Shown in pieces: positions 1 to 7,368 of a DNA stretch of 32,000 nucleotides. Within the stretch, counting starts at the first letter, position 1, and each line of letters opens with the position of its first letter. Location: assembly GCF_003428155.1 (NCBI RefSeq), contig NZ_QLIR01000013.1:17917-49916 (forward strand). Direction: 5' to 3'. A model generated the notes under the pieces. It was given only the letters and a program-made list of their open reading frames with translations. It had not been told where the DNA came from and ran no database searches. The stretch comes from Fastidiosibacter lacustris (GTDB lineage Bacteria; Pseudomonadota; Gammaproteobacteria; Francisellales; Francisellaceae). The position numbers were made by a program, and so were the translations under genes.

Positions 1-398
1 CTCAACATGCCTTCTTCAACGATGACTTGCTCGATATCCAAATTGCTAAAGAAACGATATTCTCTTATTGCATTTAAATTTAATGGGTCACTAGTGGCCA
101 ATAATAGCATTTTTTTATGCTTATACAGCGGCAAGCAATGACATTCGGTGATTAATCGTTCATTTAGATACTTGCGCGGGAAGAATTCCAAGTCATAAGC
201 ATTTAAATCAAATAAAGTAAGATTGAAAAATTTAGCAGCTTCAATCGCAAACAATTTACTATCTAGTAACTTATTGCTGACCAAATGACTAATCAGGCGC
301 TCATCTGCTTTATCGGCAGCCTTGATTACTTCATCAAGCACCTCACTTGCAATAAGATTTTGACTCAATAGAAAACTACTAATTCCGTGCTGACTCAT
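1..398 (-). CDS. pilB: Type IV pilus assembly ATPase PilB, N-terminal T2SSE_N-type domain; the gene runs off the left edge of the window
   Basis: Absent from the ORF track because it is cut by the window edge. The reverse complement from ATG (398-396) stays open to base 1. It reads MSQHGISSFLLSQNLIASEVLDEVIKAADKADERLISHLVSNKLLDSKLFAIEAAKFFNLTLFDLNAYDLEFFPRKYLNERLITECHCLPLYKHKKMLLLATSDPLNLNAIREYRFFSNLDIEQVIVEEGML. This follows the conserved N-domain pattern of PilB/GspE-class ATPases (..FDL.AFDL....P..L......HHALPL.KRGN.L.VA.SDP.NL.A.DE..F.....E..LVEE..L). Confidence 0.7.
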   Translation of the reverse strand, partial: MSQHGISSFLLSQNLIASEVLDEVIKAADKADERLISHLVSNKLLDSKLFAIEAAKFFNLTLFDLNAYDLEFFPRKYLNERLITECHCLPLYKHKKMLLLATSDPLNLNAIREYRFFSNLDIEQVIVEEGML

Positions 399-532
399 AG
401 GTATTATCAATGGTCCATTTATGCTTCAGTATAGGCATAAACTATCGAATTTTCTATGTAAATTTAAGAAGATATACCAAGCCCAGGGATATCTCGAATT
501 ATTTTGTGGTAGTGGGCAAAGTTACTTTTGAG

Positions 533-1060
533 TTAGCCAAACAAAATAAGCTTGCGCCACCAAGCCTTGTTATGAATGTTTTTTTCAACTTTTTCACGTT
601 TAATAGCTAACGATGTCCTTAAGTCATTCGGAGTTAAACGATGGGAAGCAAAATCATTGTTGGTTAATGGTGCTTGTGCACTTTTAAAAGCAGCATCAAT
701 CAGTTCAGAACAAAACCATTTATTATGGTCATTCAACCAATTACGTCGCCAAAGCCCAAGTCCTAAAGCAGAAATATAGTCATATTTTTTACCCCACTGT
801 CTAATAAGAAAATCAATTAAAGCCGCTTTTTGCTGATCGTTAATTTGAGTCACCCATGTTTCAAGCACATCTTGTGATTTTCTTAGCTTCTCATACGAAC
901 GTTTATAGACACCGAGTGAGCCGCTACTACTATAGCATTCACCATCGATTTGTACTTCAACATGCGAAAAATGAGAGCGCGTTACCCAGCGAATACCATA
1001 ACTTATTGCGCGATAGCTGTATCCAAAATAAATATATATTGTGTGCATGATGACACACAC
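533..1060 (-). CDS. Permuted papain-like (NlpC/P60 superfamily, YiiX/YaeF-type) hydrolase or acyltransferase; specific function unknown
   Basis: 175-aa ORF in which the His motif (SHFSHVEVQIDG) precedes the Cys motif (KWFCSELIDAAF). This circularly permuted order is typical of the YiiX/YaeF branch of NlpC/P60. The more likely start is MHTIYIY at 1048. It lies 66 nt downstream of the LolA-like gene on the same strand. Confidence 0.5.
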   Translation of the reverse strand: MCVIMHTIYIYFGYSYRAISYGIRWVTRSHFSHVEVQIDGECYSSSGSLGVYKRSYEKLRKSQDVLETWVTQINDQQKAALIDFLIRQWGKKYDYISALGLGLWRRNWLNDHNKWFCSELIDAAFKSAQAPLTNNDFASHRLTPNDLRTSLAIKREKVEKNIHNKAWWRKLILFG

Positions 1061-1126
1061 TCCTATACTGCCTGTCCTTGATGTAAGGAGTATAGCAAAA
1101 ATAGTTTGTGAGCGATAAAATAAACT

Positions 1127-1756
1127 TTACTTTTGCTTGTCAGAGATATTCGAAAATTGAATTAACATGTGATTGCCTTGTGCTTCATTGACTAATATAC
1201 GCGTGACGTACTTCTCACCTATAATCTCAATGCTATCAATAGCTTTATTTAAAGGTGAGTCAATGGGTTTTAAGCCCAAGTGCCAATTATTATTACATTC
1301 GATAAAGTAGATATCAAAATATTGTTTTAATGCTTCTGTATTGCCTTTAAAAATCGATAAAAAAATATGGGTAAAAGAAAATACAATCGGTTGTTCTTTT
1401 TTAGTAATGACCATTGCCTGTTTCCCTTCAATTGATTGTTGAATTTTATCTTCTGTGATCATCAGTATTGATTTAAAGGGTTTTTGTTGCAACCATTGTA
1501 AACCATCAGTTTTGGAAAGATGGAAAACACCACTGGAAATAAGTGGCTTTGATAAAAGCTTCATATAACGTGTTTGGGTAAAATCACCATAAACATTATC
1601 AATTTTAGCCTGGGCATTTTGCACTTTCATAAAAGCAACTTCATTTTTCGCAGATAAAGGATGATAAAAAATACTGTTTTTGCTTGCAGCCAAGCTCCCA
1701 TTAAAGAAAAAAATAAAAATTAAAGTAGGGAAAGTGATATGTATACGGAATTGCAT
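1127..1756 (-). CDS. LolA-like outer-membrane lipoprotein/lipid carrier family protein (ApeL-like), paralogous in fold to the true lolA at 13219
   Basis: 209 aa with an N-terminal signal peptide (TFPTLIFIFFFNGSLAAS). Its length and sequence pattern fit the LolA-like proteins of aryl-polyene-type clusters (GDFTQTRYMKLLSKPLISSGVFHL...LQW). Its start lies 1 nt after the thioesterase stop. Confidence 0.6.
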   Translation of the reverse strand: MQFRIHITFPTLIFIFFFNGSLAASKNSIFYHPLSAKNEVAFMKVQNAQAKIDNVYGDFTQTRYMKLLSKPLISSGVFHLSKTDGLQWLQQKPFKSILMITEDKIQQSIEGKQAMVITKKEQPIVFSFTHIFLSIFKGNTEALKQYFDIYFIECNNNWHLGLKPIDSPLNKAIDSIEIIGEKYVTRILVNEAQGNHMLIQFSNISDKQK

Positions 1757-1757
1757 G

Positions 1758-2177
1758 TTAAAAACTCTTTATTTTTTCGATTAAACACAAGGGTGAAACA
1801 AATTGTAGTTGTTGGGTTTTAAGATCAATAGCAAGTTGAGTAGTATGTCCCTTGGTGAGTTTTTGTTGGCTTGATTTATCGACAATAAGATAGGCAATTT
1901 TCAGGCGATTCTGATACTCAATAATACTACTTACAACTTGAATAGTTTGCCCAAATACAGCAGGTCGAATATATTTAATCTGTAAATCGACGATTGGCCA
2001 CATATAACCACTTGCTGCCATATCATTATAGTTATAACCTATTTCATTCAAAAGTTCGCATCGAGCGACTTCAAAGTACTTTACATAATGACCATGCCAA
2101 GCAATATGTAAGCTATCAATATCATAAAATGGAACACGTATCTCAGTTAAATGTGAAATGGTTTTGCTACTGATCAT
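1758..2177 (-). CDS. Hot-dog fold acyl-CoA/acyl-ACP thioesterase (4HBT/YbgC-like, ApeK-like)
   Basis: I place the start at MISSKTISHLTEIRVPFYDIDSLHIAWHGHYVKYFEVARCELL (ATG 2177-2175). The track start at 2264 would overlap the upstream gene by about 100 nt. The Y/F-D-x-D...H...Y motif region is typical of 4HBT thioesterases. It overlaps the acyltransferase stop by 11 nt. Confidence 0.7.
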   Translation of the reverse strand: MISSKTISHLTEIRVPFYDIDSLHIAWHGHYVKYFEVARCELLNEIGYNYNDMAASGYMWPIVDLQIKYIRPAVFGQTIQVVSSIIEYQNRLKIAYLIVDKSSQQKLTKGHTTQLAIDLKTQQLQFVSPLCLIEKIKSF

Positions 2178-3114
2178 TCCTACCCCAAAAGTCAAAAAAA
2201 TTGAACCATTGTGTTGGATATTGTATGCAATGCCAAGCAATAAAATCACTATATTGTTGTGCATATTGGTTTAATATAAGCTGGCGATTGTGACGAGGAA
2301 GCTTAATGCTTTGAGCAAATGACTCAAAAACAACATTAAAACGCTTTTTTTGTTTTAAGCATAGCATCGTATAGACCGGTGCTTGTAAAATTGCTGAAAG
2401 TATGAAAGGTCCTTGTGGCAAAATGCACTTTTCACCTAAAAACTCAACCCAAATAGTGTGATTAGGATGATTAACAGAGATGCGATCACAGGCTATGATA
2501 ATAAACTCACCTTGGTCAATTTTTTGTTGTAACTGAATGGCAAAAACAAGATCGATATGCTCAATTGAAATTAAACTCAATTGCGAATCAGCGTTAACTT
2601 GGGTCAACAACGTATTGAATTTCTGAGCATGCTGATTAAAGATTAAGGCATTAACTTTAAGTTTAGGTATCAAACCAGACAATGCGCGCATCACTTCAAT
2701 ATTGCCTAGGTGCGCACTAAAAATAATAGCCCCTTGTTTTTTATTAACCAGATCAAGTAAAAGCTCACGATTTGGAAAGTGTAAGTCATGACGCGTGATG
2801 ATTTTATTCCATACTGCAACCTTGTCAATTAAGCTTTTACCAAAACTCATAAAATGGCGAAAAGGCTGTGGTTTTATGACTATATTTTTTTGTGCAGCGT
2901 AACGTTGTAAATGTATAAAATATTGCCAAGAAGCTTTACGCGCACCACGTGAAAAAAGATAGAAATAAACTATAGCAGGGAACATCAATACATAAGTTAC
3001 CCGTCTACCAAGCAGTTTAAAACAGATAAGCATGAATTTAAGTCCTATTATGCTTCCTTTTTCAGGTAACTTTGACCAGTGTTTATGCTGGCTACGACCT
3101 TGATTATTTGTCAT
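2167..3114 (-). CDS. LpxL/HtrB-type (lipid A biosynthesis-like) acyltransferase family protein
   Basis: 315 aa with an N-terminal membrane anchor (IIGLKFMLICFKLLG, VLMFPAIVYFYLF). It carries the H-x4-E catalytic box (FSAHLGNIEVMRAL) of lauroyl/myristoyl-type acyltransferases. It overlaps the GT2 stop by 11 nt. Confidence 0.65.
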   Translation of the reverse strand: MTNNQGRSQHKHWSKLPEKGSIIGLKFMLICFKLLGRRVTYVLMFPAIVYFYLFSRGARKASWQYFIHLQRYAAQKNIVIKPQPFRHFMSFGKSLIDKVAVWNKIITRHDLHFPNRELLLDLVNKKQGAIIFSAHLGNIEVMRALSGLIPKLKVNALIFNQHAQKFNTLLTQVNADSQLSLISIEHIDLVFAIQLQQKIDQGEFIIIACDRISVNHPNHTIWVEFLGEKCILPQGPFILSAILQAPVYTMLCLKQKKRFNVVFESFAQSIKLPRHNRQLILNQYAQQYSDFIAWHCIQYPTQWFNFFDFWGRNDQ

Positions 3115-3850
3115 GTCTATTTATTAATTTTTTTAGATGGAGGCGTGGCATATAGTAAAACATCGCAAAAAAAAGTCGAGTATGCAACCATGAGATCCGA
3201 ACGTTATCTTTCCATAGACGAAAGTGAGATTGCCCAGATTTAGGGTAGTTAATTTGCGTTGGAATATATTTCACATCAATCGCTTGCCAATAAGCTTTTA
3301 CCATGATTTCAATATCAAACTCCATTCGCCTACCAGATACTTTTGGTAATACGCTTTGTAAAGGATTTAAGGGGTAGATGCGAAAGCCACACATTGATTC
3401 AACAAGTCTTGTGCTCCACGTTTCAATCGCCACCCAAAAGTTAGTGATTTTGCGACCGTGTAAGCGAGCTTTAGGCACACTTTTATCATAAATTGACTTG
3501 CCAGAAATAAGGCTATTGGGGTGATATTGAAATAGTGTCAGAAACTTTGATAAGTCGTTTAAATCATGTTGGTGATCGGCATCGACTTGAATTGCATGTG
3601 TATAGTGATGATGATACAAATACTGAAAGCCATTCATAATCGCTGCACCTTTGCCAGAGTTAAGTGCCAACGAAATAGACTTGACCCATGAGTATTGCTG
3701 GCATATATGGTTAATTACGGCTTTGGTTTTTTGATCACTACCATCATCAACAATTAAGCAATTGATACCATAAACTGCAAGCTCAGAAACAACACTCACA
3801 AGTGTCTCACCATGATTATAAATTGGAATAAGAAAACAAGGTTTGGTCAT
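3104..3850 (-). CDS. Family 2 glycosyltransferase
   Basis: Shows the N-terminal GT-A signature (CFLIPIYNHGETL...CLIVDDGSDQKT) and the second acidic motif QVDADHQH, with a C-terminal amphipathic or TM segment. ATGA overlap with the upstream dehydratase stop. Confidence 0.8.
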   Translation of the reverse strand: MTKPCFLIPIYNHGETLVSVVSELAVYGINCLIVDDGSDQKTKAVINHICQQYSWVKSISLALNSGKGAAIMNGFQYLYHHHYTHAIQVDADHQHDLNDLSKFLTLFQYHPNSLISGKSIYDKSVPKARLHGRKITNFWVAIETWSTRLVESMCGFRIYPLNPLQSVLPKVSGRRMEFDIEIMVKAYWQAIDVKYIPTQINYPKSGQSHFRLWKDNVRISWLHTRLFFAMFYYMPRLHLKKLINRHDK

Positions 3851-4194
3851 AACTGGATTTTTCCACTTGAATAGCGATTTTGATCATCATCAGTATATTC
3901 AAATTGCAGCTGATGTTCAGATAATTCTATCTGCAAATTGAGCACCTTATTAGGTAAAATCACTTGGCTGAATTTAAGCTGCGGGATATGACGTACTTGC
4001 TTCTTGTCAAGCATTAAAAAACAAGAGCTAAACTCAATAACAAAATCTGTTTGGGCAATCCCTGGCAAAATAGGATTATCGGTAAAATGACCTTTAAAAA
4101 AAATCAATTTTTCATCAAACAGCAGCTTAAGCTTCACAACTGAAGACTTTTGTCGTTTTTCAATTGAATGTTCAAGAATTTCAGGATAGCGCAT
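3847..4194 (-). CDS. FabA/FabZ-like hot-dog 3-hydroxyacyl-ACP dehydratase family protein (ApeI-like)
   Basis: 115 aa. The FFKGHFTDNPILPGIAQTDF stretch matches the F-x-GHFP-x-x-P-x-x-PG active-site region of FabZ/FabA-type dehydratases. It starts 8 nt after the trpF stop. Confidence 0.65.
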   Translation of the reverse strand: MRYPEILEHSIEKRQKSSVVKLKLLFDEKLIFFKGHFTDNPILPGIAQTDFVIEFSSCFLMLDKKQVRHIPQLKFSQVILPNKVLNLQIELSEHQLQFEYTDDDQNRYSSGKIQL

Positions 4195-4202
4195 GAATTT
4201 CC

Positions 4203-4823
4203 TTAATATGTACTTTTAACAGCATCACAAAACGCTTTAATTTTGGCATGAGACTTAATGCCTTTTTGCGACTCAACACCGCCGCTGACATCAACCGCAT
4301 AGGGTTGAATTTCAGCAATCGCATGAGTTACATTTTCAACCGTTAATCCACCTGCTAAAATGATACTGTTTCGCATTTCGTTAGGAATGATTGACCAATC
4401 AAATGTTTTACCTAAGCCACCATAGAAATTTCGATCATAAGCATCTAGCAATATGGCACGCGCGTTTTGATAATATTGTTTAGCTTTGTTGAGCGTTAAG
4501 CGGTCCTCAATGCGTAAAGCGCGTATATATGGAAACTGAAAACTGTTACAAAATTCAAGTTGTTCGTCACCATGGAATTGAATCATACTAATACCAGCTG
4601 CAATTGCAGTTTTAATTTCATCTGGCATAGCATTAACGAAGAGTCCACAAATCGTCACAAAAGGTGGTAGCTTTTGAATAATTTTATGTGCCTCATTAAT
4701 AGTAATAAAGCGAGGTGATTTGGTATAAAAAACAAAGCCTAATCCTTCGACTCCACATTCAAGCGCAAAAAGGGCATCTTCAAGGTTACGGATACCACAA
4801 ATTTTAATTTTAGTTCTATGCAT
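4203..4823 (-). CDS. trpF: N-(5'-phosphoribosyl)anthranilate isomerase
   Basis: 206 aa with KICGIRNLEDA...GFVFYTKSPRFI...QFHGDE...GGLGKTFDW...ILAGGLTVENV...VDVSGGVES.KGIKS, the full PRAI (TIM barrel) motif set. Monofunctional, not fused to trpC. Confidence 0.9.
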   Translation of the reverse strand: MHRTKIKICGIRNLEDALFALECGVEGLGFVFYTKSPRFITINEAHKIIQKLPPFVTICGLFVNAMPDEIKTAIAAGISMIQFHGDEQLEFCNSFQFPYIRALRIEDRLTLNKAKQYYQNARAILLDAYDRNFYGGLGKTFDWSIIPNEMRNSIILAGGLTVENVTHAIAEIQPYAVDVSGGVESQKGIKSHAKIKAFCDAVKSTY

Positions 4824-4829
4824 GCCTTA

Positions 4830-5267
4830 CTACGCCATAAAGTTAATTAAGGCCGCTGCTACCATAGATGCAGTTGCTACACTCACACCCGCTGTGGCAA
4901 GTAAGCGATCAACCTTGTCCAGGTGATACTTTTTACGTGTTTGCACTTCTAAAGCGTCATCACTTTCGGCAATCTCGCTTAATATGGAGATGTATTGTGG
5001 AAATAAGGGTGGCTCATTAAATTCACCCGCTTCAAACCCTTCTGCCCAATAGTTATGTTCAATCGTGTTTACTGGAAAAGGGTTAAGTGTTTCTGACTTG
5101 TTTTTTTTGCCATGGACGTAACCAAACATCCAAATTTTTTCAAGCTCATCCAATGTATCTACTTGTGCAGATAAAATAAGCTTTAAGCGTGAGTCAATTT
5201 CATTTGTGTGCATAAAAACTTCATGTTCTATAACTAAAGTTAGTTGAGTATACCATAGCTTTAGCAT
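4830..5267 (-). CDS. Hypothetical protein with a C-terminal hydrophobic tail anchor; no family recognised
   Basis: ORF with two candidate starts, 5267 (MLKLW) or 5213 (MHTNEIDS). It has an acidic soluble body (NYWAEGFEAGEFNEPPLFPQY) and ends in LLATAGVSVATASMVAAALINFMA, a single C-terminal TM-like helix. The stop is 6 nt before the trpF start. Confidence 0.5.
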   Translation of the reverse strand: MLKLWYTQLTLVIEHEVFMHTNEIDSRLKLILSAQVDTLDELEKIWMFGYVHGKKNKSETLNPFPVNTIEHNYWAEGFEAGEFNEPPLFPQYISILSEIAESDDALEVQTRKKYHLDKVDRLLATAGVSVATASMVAAALINFMA

Positions 5268-5408
5268 CTATCCACTAACTGTGTTTTATTCGTTAAATAG
5301 AACTACTAAAATTTTTTATATATCAATAATTAAATCATTTTACAGGTTTCCTTAAGTTTGTATTTTACGTGCTTTTATCTTCTTTTTTCTAGGCGAGGCT
5401 ATCTACGT

Positions 5409-5437
5409 TTGACAATGCTGGGGATATAGGCTTAAAT
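5409..5437 (+). promoter_or_regulatory. Candidate sigma70 promoter for gltA
   Basis: TTGACA (5409-5414), a 17-nt spacer, then TTAAAT (5432-5437), about 110 nt upstream of the gltA start. Confidence 0.45.
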
Positions 5438-5550
5438 ATGCCACATTAATTTTAGCTACCCGCACTCAACGGGGTTTAAGTCACTTTATAAAACTTAAGG
5501 TCTATTTAGTTTAGAGTGATATTTTTTATAAATTTTAGAGTGCGATAATC

Positions 5551-6834
5551 ATGGAGAACAACATGTCTGAAACTGCAATCTTAACCCTTCCAGATAAAAA
5601 TTTATTGCTAGAGCTACCTATTTATACCCCTGTTTTAGGACAACAAACTGTTGACGTTTCTTCTTTAGTTAAAGAAGGCTTATTTACCTACGACCCAGGA
5701 TTTTTATCCACAGCAGCATGCTGGTCAAAAATCACCTATATCAATGGTGGTAAAGGCGTTTTATTACACCGTGGTTATCCTATTGAGCAGTGGGTTGAAA
5801 AATCTCATTATATGAATTTATGCTATGCACTTTTAAATGATAAACTTGCCTTAACAAATGAAATTACTGAATTTTCAACTCGAATTCTAAATGATATGCC
5901 TGTATGCACACACATTCAAGAGACCATCAAAGCTTTTCCACAAGATGTGCATCCAATGGCACCACTTATGGCAGCGGTAAGTGTAATGGCAGGTGAAAAC
6001 CAAAAAACGATGAATAAAAAAGATCTTACTCAGCAAACTCAAATGGCTGAAAAACTGATTGCTCAAATGCCAACTATCGTTGCAATGACTTACCGTCATC
6101 GCAACGGGTTGCCGTTTATGGCACCCAAAAAATCGCTTTCTTACGCTGAGAACTTCTTATACATGATGTTTGCAGATAGTGAAAATTACCAACCTGATTC
6201 AATTGCCGCACGTGCGATGGATACAATTTTTATTCTGCATGCAGATCACGAACAAAATGCGTCCACATCAACCGTGCGCCTTGCTGGTTCAACTGGCACT
6301 GATCCATATGCTGCTATTGTTGCTGGTATTGCCGCCCTTTGGGGACCTGCACATGGTGGTGCAAACGAAGCCGTTGTCAAAATGCTTGAACAAATCGGTG
6401 ATGTAAGTAATATTGATAAGTTTATTGAACGCGCTAAAAACAAAGATGATTCTTTTAGATTAATGGGCTTTGGTCATCGTGTATATAAAAATACTGATCC
6501 ACGTGCCATTGCTATGAAAAAAGCCTGTGAAAGTATTTTAAATCAACTGGGCGATAGCGATAATCCACTATTGGTGATTGCTAAAAAATTAGAGGAAATC
6601 GCACTTAATGATAGGTACTTTATCGATAGGAAGCTTTTCCCTAATGTTGATTTCTACTCTGGTATTATCTTAAAAACACTACACATTCCAACTTATATGT
6701 ATACGTCTATTTTTGCCTTAGCTCGCGCATCTGGCTGGATAGCTCAATACCTTGAGATGTACAATGATCCAAAAATGAAAATTGGTCGTCCACGCCAGCT
6801 ATATATCGGCGAAGCACAAAGAAATCTTCCTTAA
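5551..6834 (+). CDS. gltA: Type II (hexameric-type) citrate synthase
   Basis: 427 aa with LHADHEQNASTSTVR, WGPAHGGANEA, FRLMGFGHRVYKN.DPRA and PNVDFYSGIIL, collinear with E. coli GltA throughout. The start could instead be the ATG at 5563. Confidence 0.95.
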   Translation: MENNMSETAILTLPDKNLLLELPIYTPVLGQQTVDVSSLVKEGLFTYDPGFLSTAACWSKITYINGGKGVLLHRGYPIEQWVEKSHYMNLCYALLNDKLALTNEITEFSTRILNDMPVCTHIQETIKAFPQDVHPMAPLMAAVSVMAGENQKTMNKKDLTQQTQMAEKLIAQMPTIVAMTYRHRNGLPFMAPKKSLSYAENFLYMMFADSENYQPDSIAARAMDTIFILHADHEQNASTSTVRLAGSTGTDPYAAIVAGIAALWGPAHGGANEAVVKMLEQIGDVSNIDKFIERAKNKDDSFRLMGFGHRVYKNTDPRAIAMKKACESILNQLGDSDNPLLVIAKKLEEIALNDRYFIDRKLFPNVDFYSGIILKTLHIPTYMYTSIFALARASGWIAQYLEMYNDPKMKIGRPRQLYIGEAQRNLP

Positions 6835-6948
6835 TTTCAATATAATAACTTGCTACTAAATTAAATAACAATCACCACCCATATCAATTATCATAATATA
6901 TTGCCCATTTAAGGGATAAGGCACTAAAGCATATACTAAAAAAGACTT

Positions 6949-7161
6949 TCACTTGCTTTTAAGGAATTGACGAATCCGTATAATTAAGTACCATACGACA
7001 ATACCGATAATAGCAACTGAAATAAATGGATGGTCCTCTACAATTTGTGGAACAAAGGATAATGTGCTTGGAACACACACCTCTGTAATCAGTCTTTCAA
7101 CCGCAAAAACCATATTTGCATAAAACCCTATGACTAGAAAAAGCCAAACCTTAAATTTCAT
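6949..7161 (-). CDS. Small hypothetical membrane protein (70 aa; signal/TM helix plus a second TM)
   Basis: MKFKVWLFLVIGFYANMVFA looks like a signal sequence and ISVAIIGIVVWYLIIRI like a TM helix. It sits alone in a 530-nt gap between gltA and uvrB, with no homology recognised. Confidence 0.35.
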   Translation of the reverse strand: MKFKVWLFLVIGFYANMVFAVERLITEVCVPSTLSFVPQIVEDHPFISVAIIGIVVWYLIIRIRQFLKSK

Positions 7162-7368
7162 ATTTGCCCTAAATCAAGCTGTTTTGATGACACAGGCGAT
7201 TGTATCACAATCTTGTGAGAGATTAACCACAATCACATACACTTTTTCTTAATTATGGATAGATAATAGCTTAAAAATGACCTTAAAGCATTATTTTTCT
7301 GATTCTTTAACAGCCAATACAGAACTGAAATAATATGAATTTATTGTAAGAAGCATTCAACTTAATGA

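Noticed and set aside
410-1050. Plus-strand ORFs 410-610, 576-779 and 856-1050
   Set aside because: They lie antisense to, or overlap, the motif-bearing minus-strand papain-like gene. Their composition is low-complexity with no recognisable motifs and no RBS, so they are shadow ORFs of AT-rich DNA.
5887-6443. ORFs 5887-6099(-), 6170-6406(+) and 6246-6443(-) inside gltA
   Set aside because: All are embedded in the strongly conserved citrate synthase frame, so they are out-of-frame or antisense artefacts.
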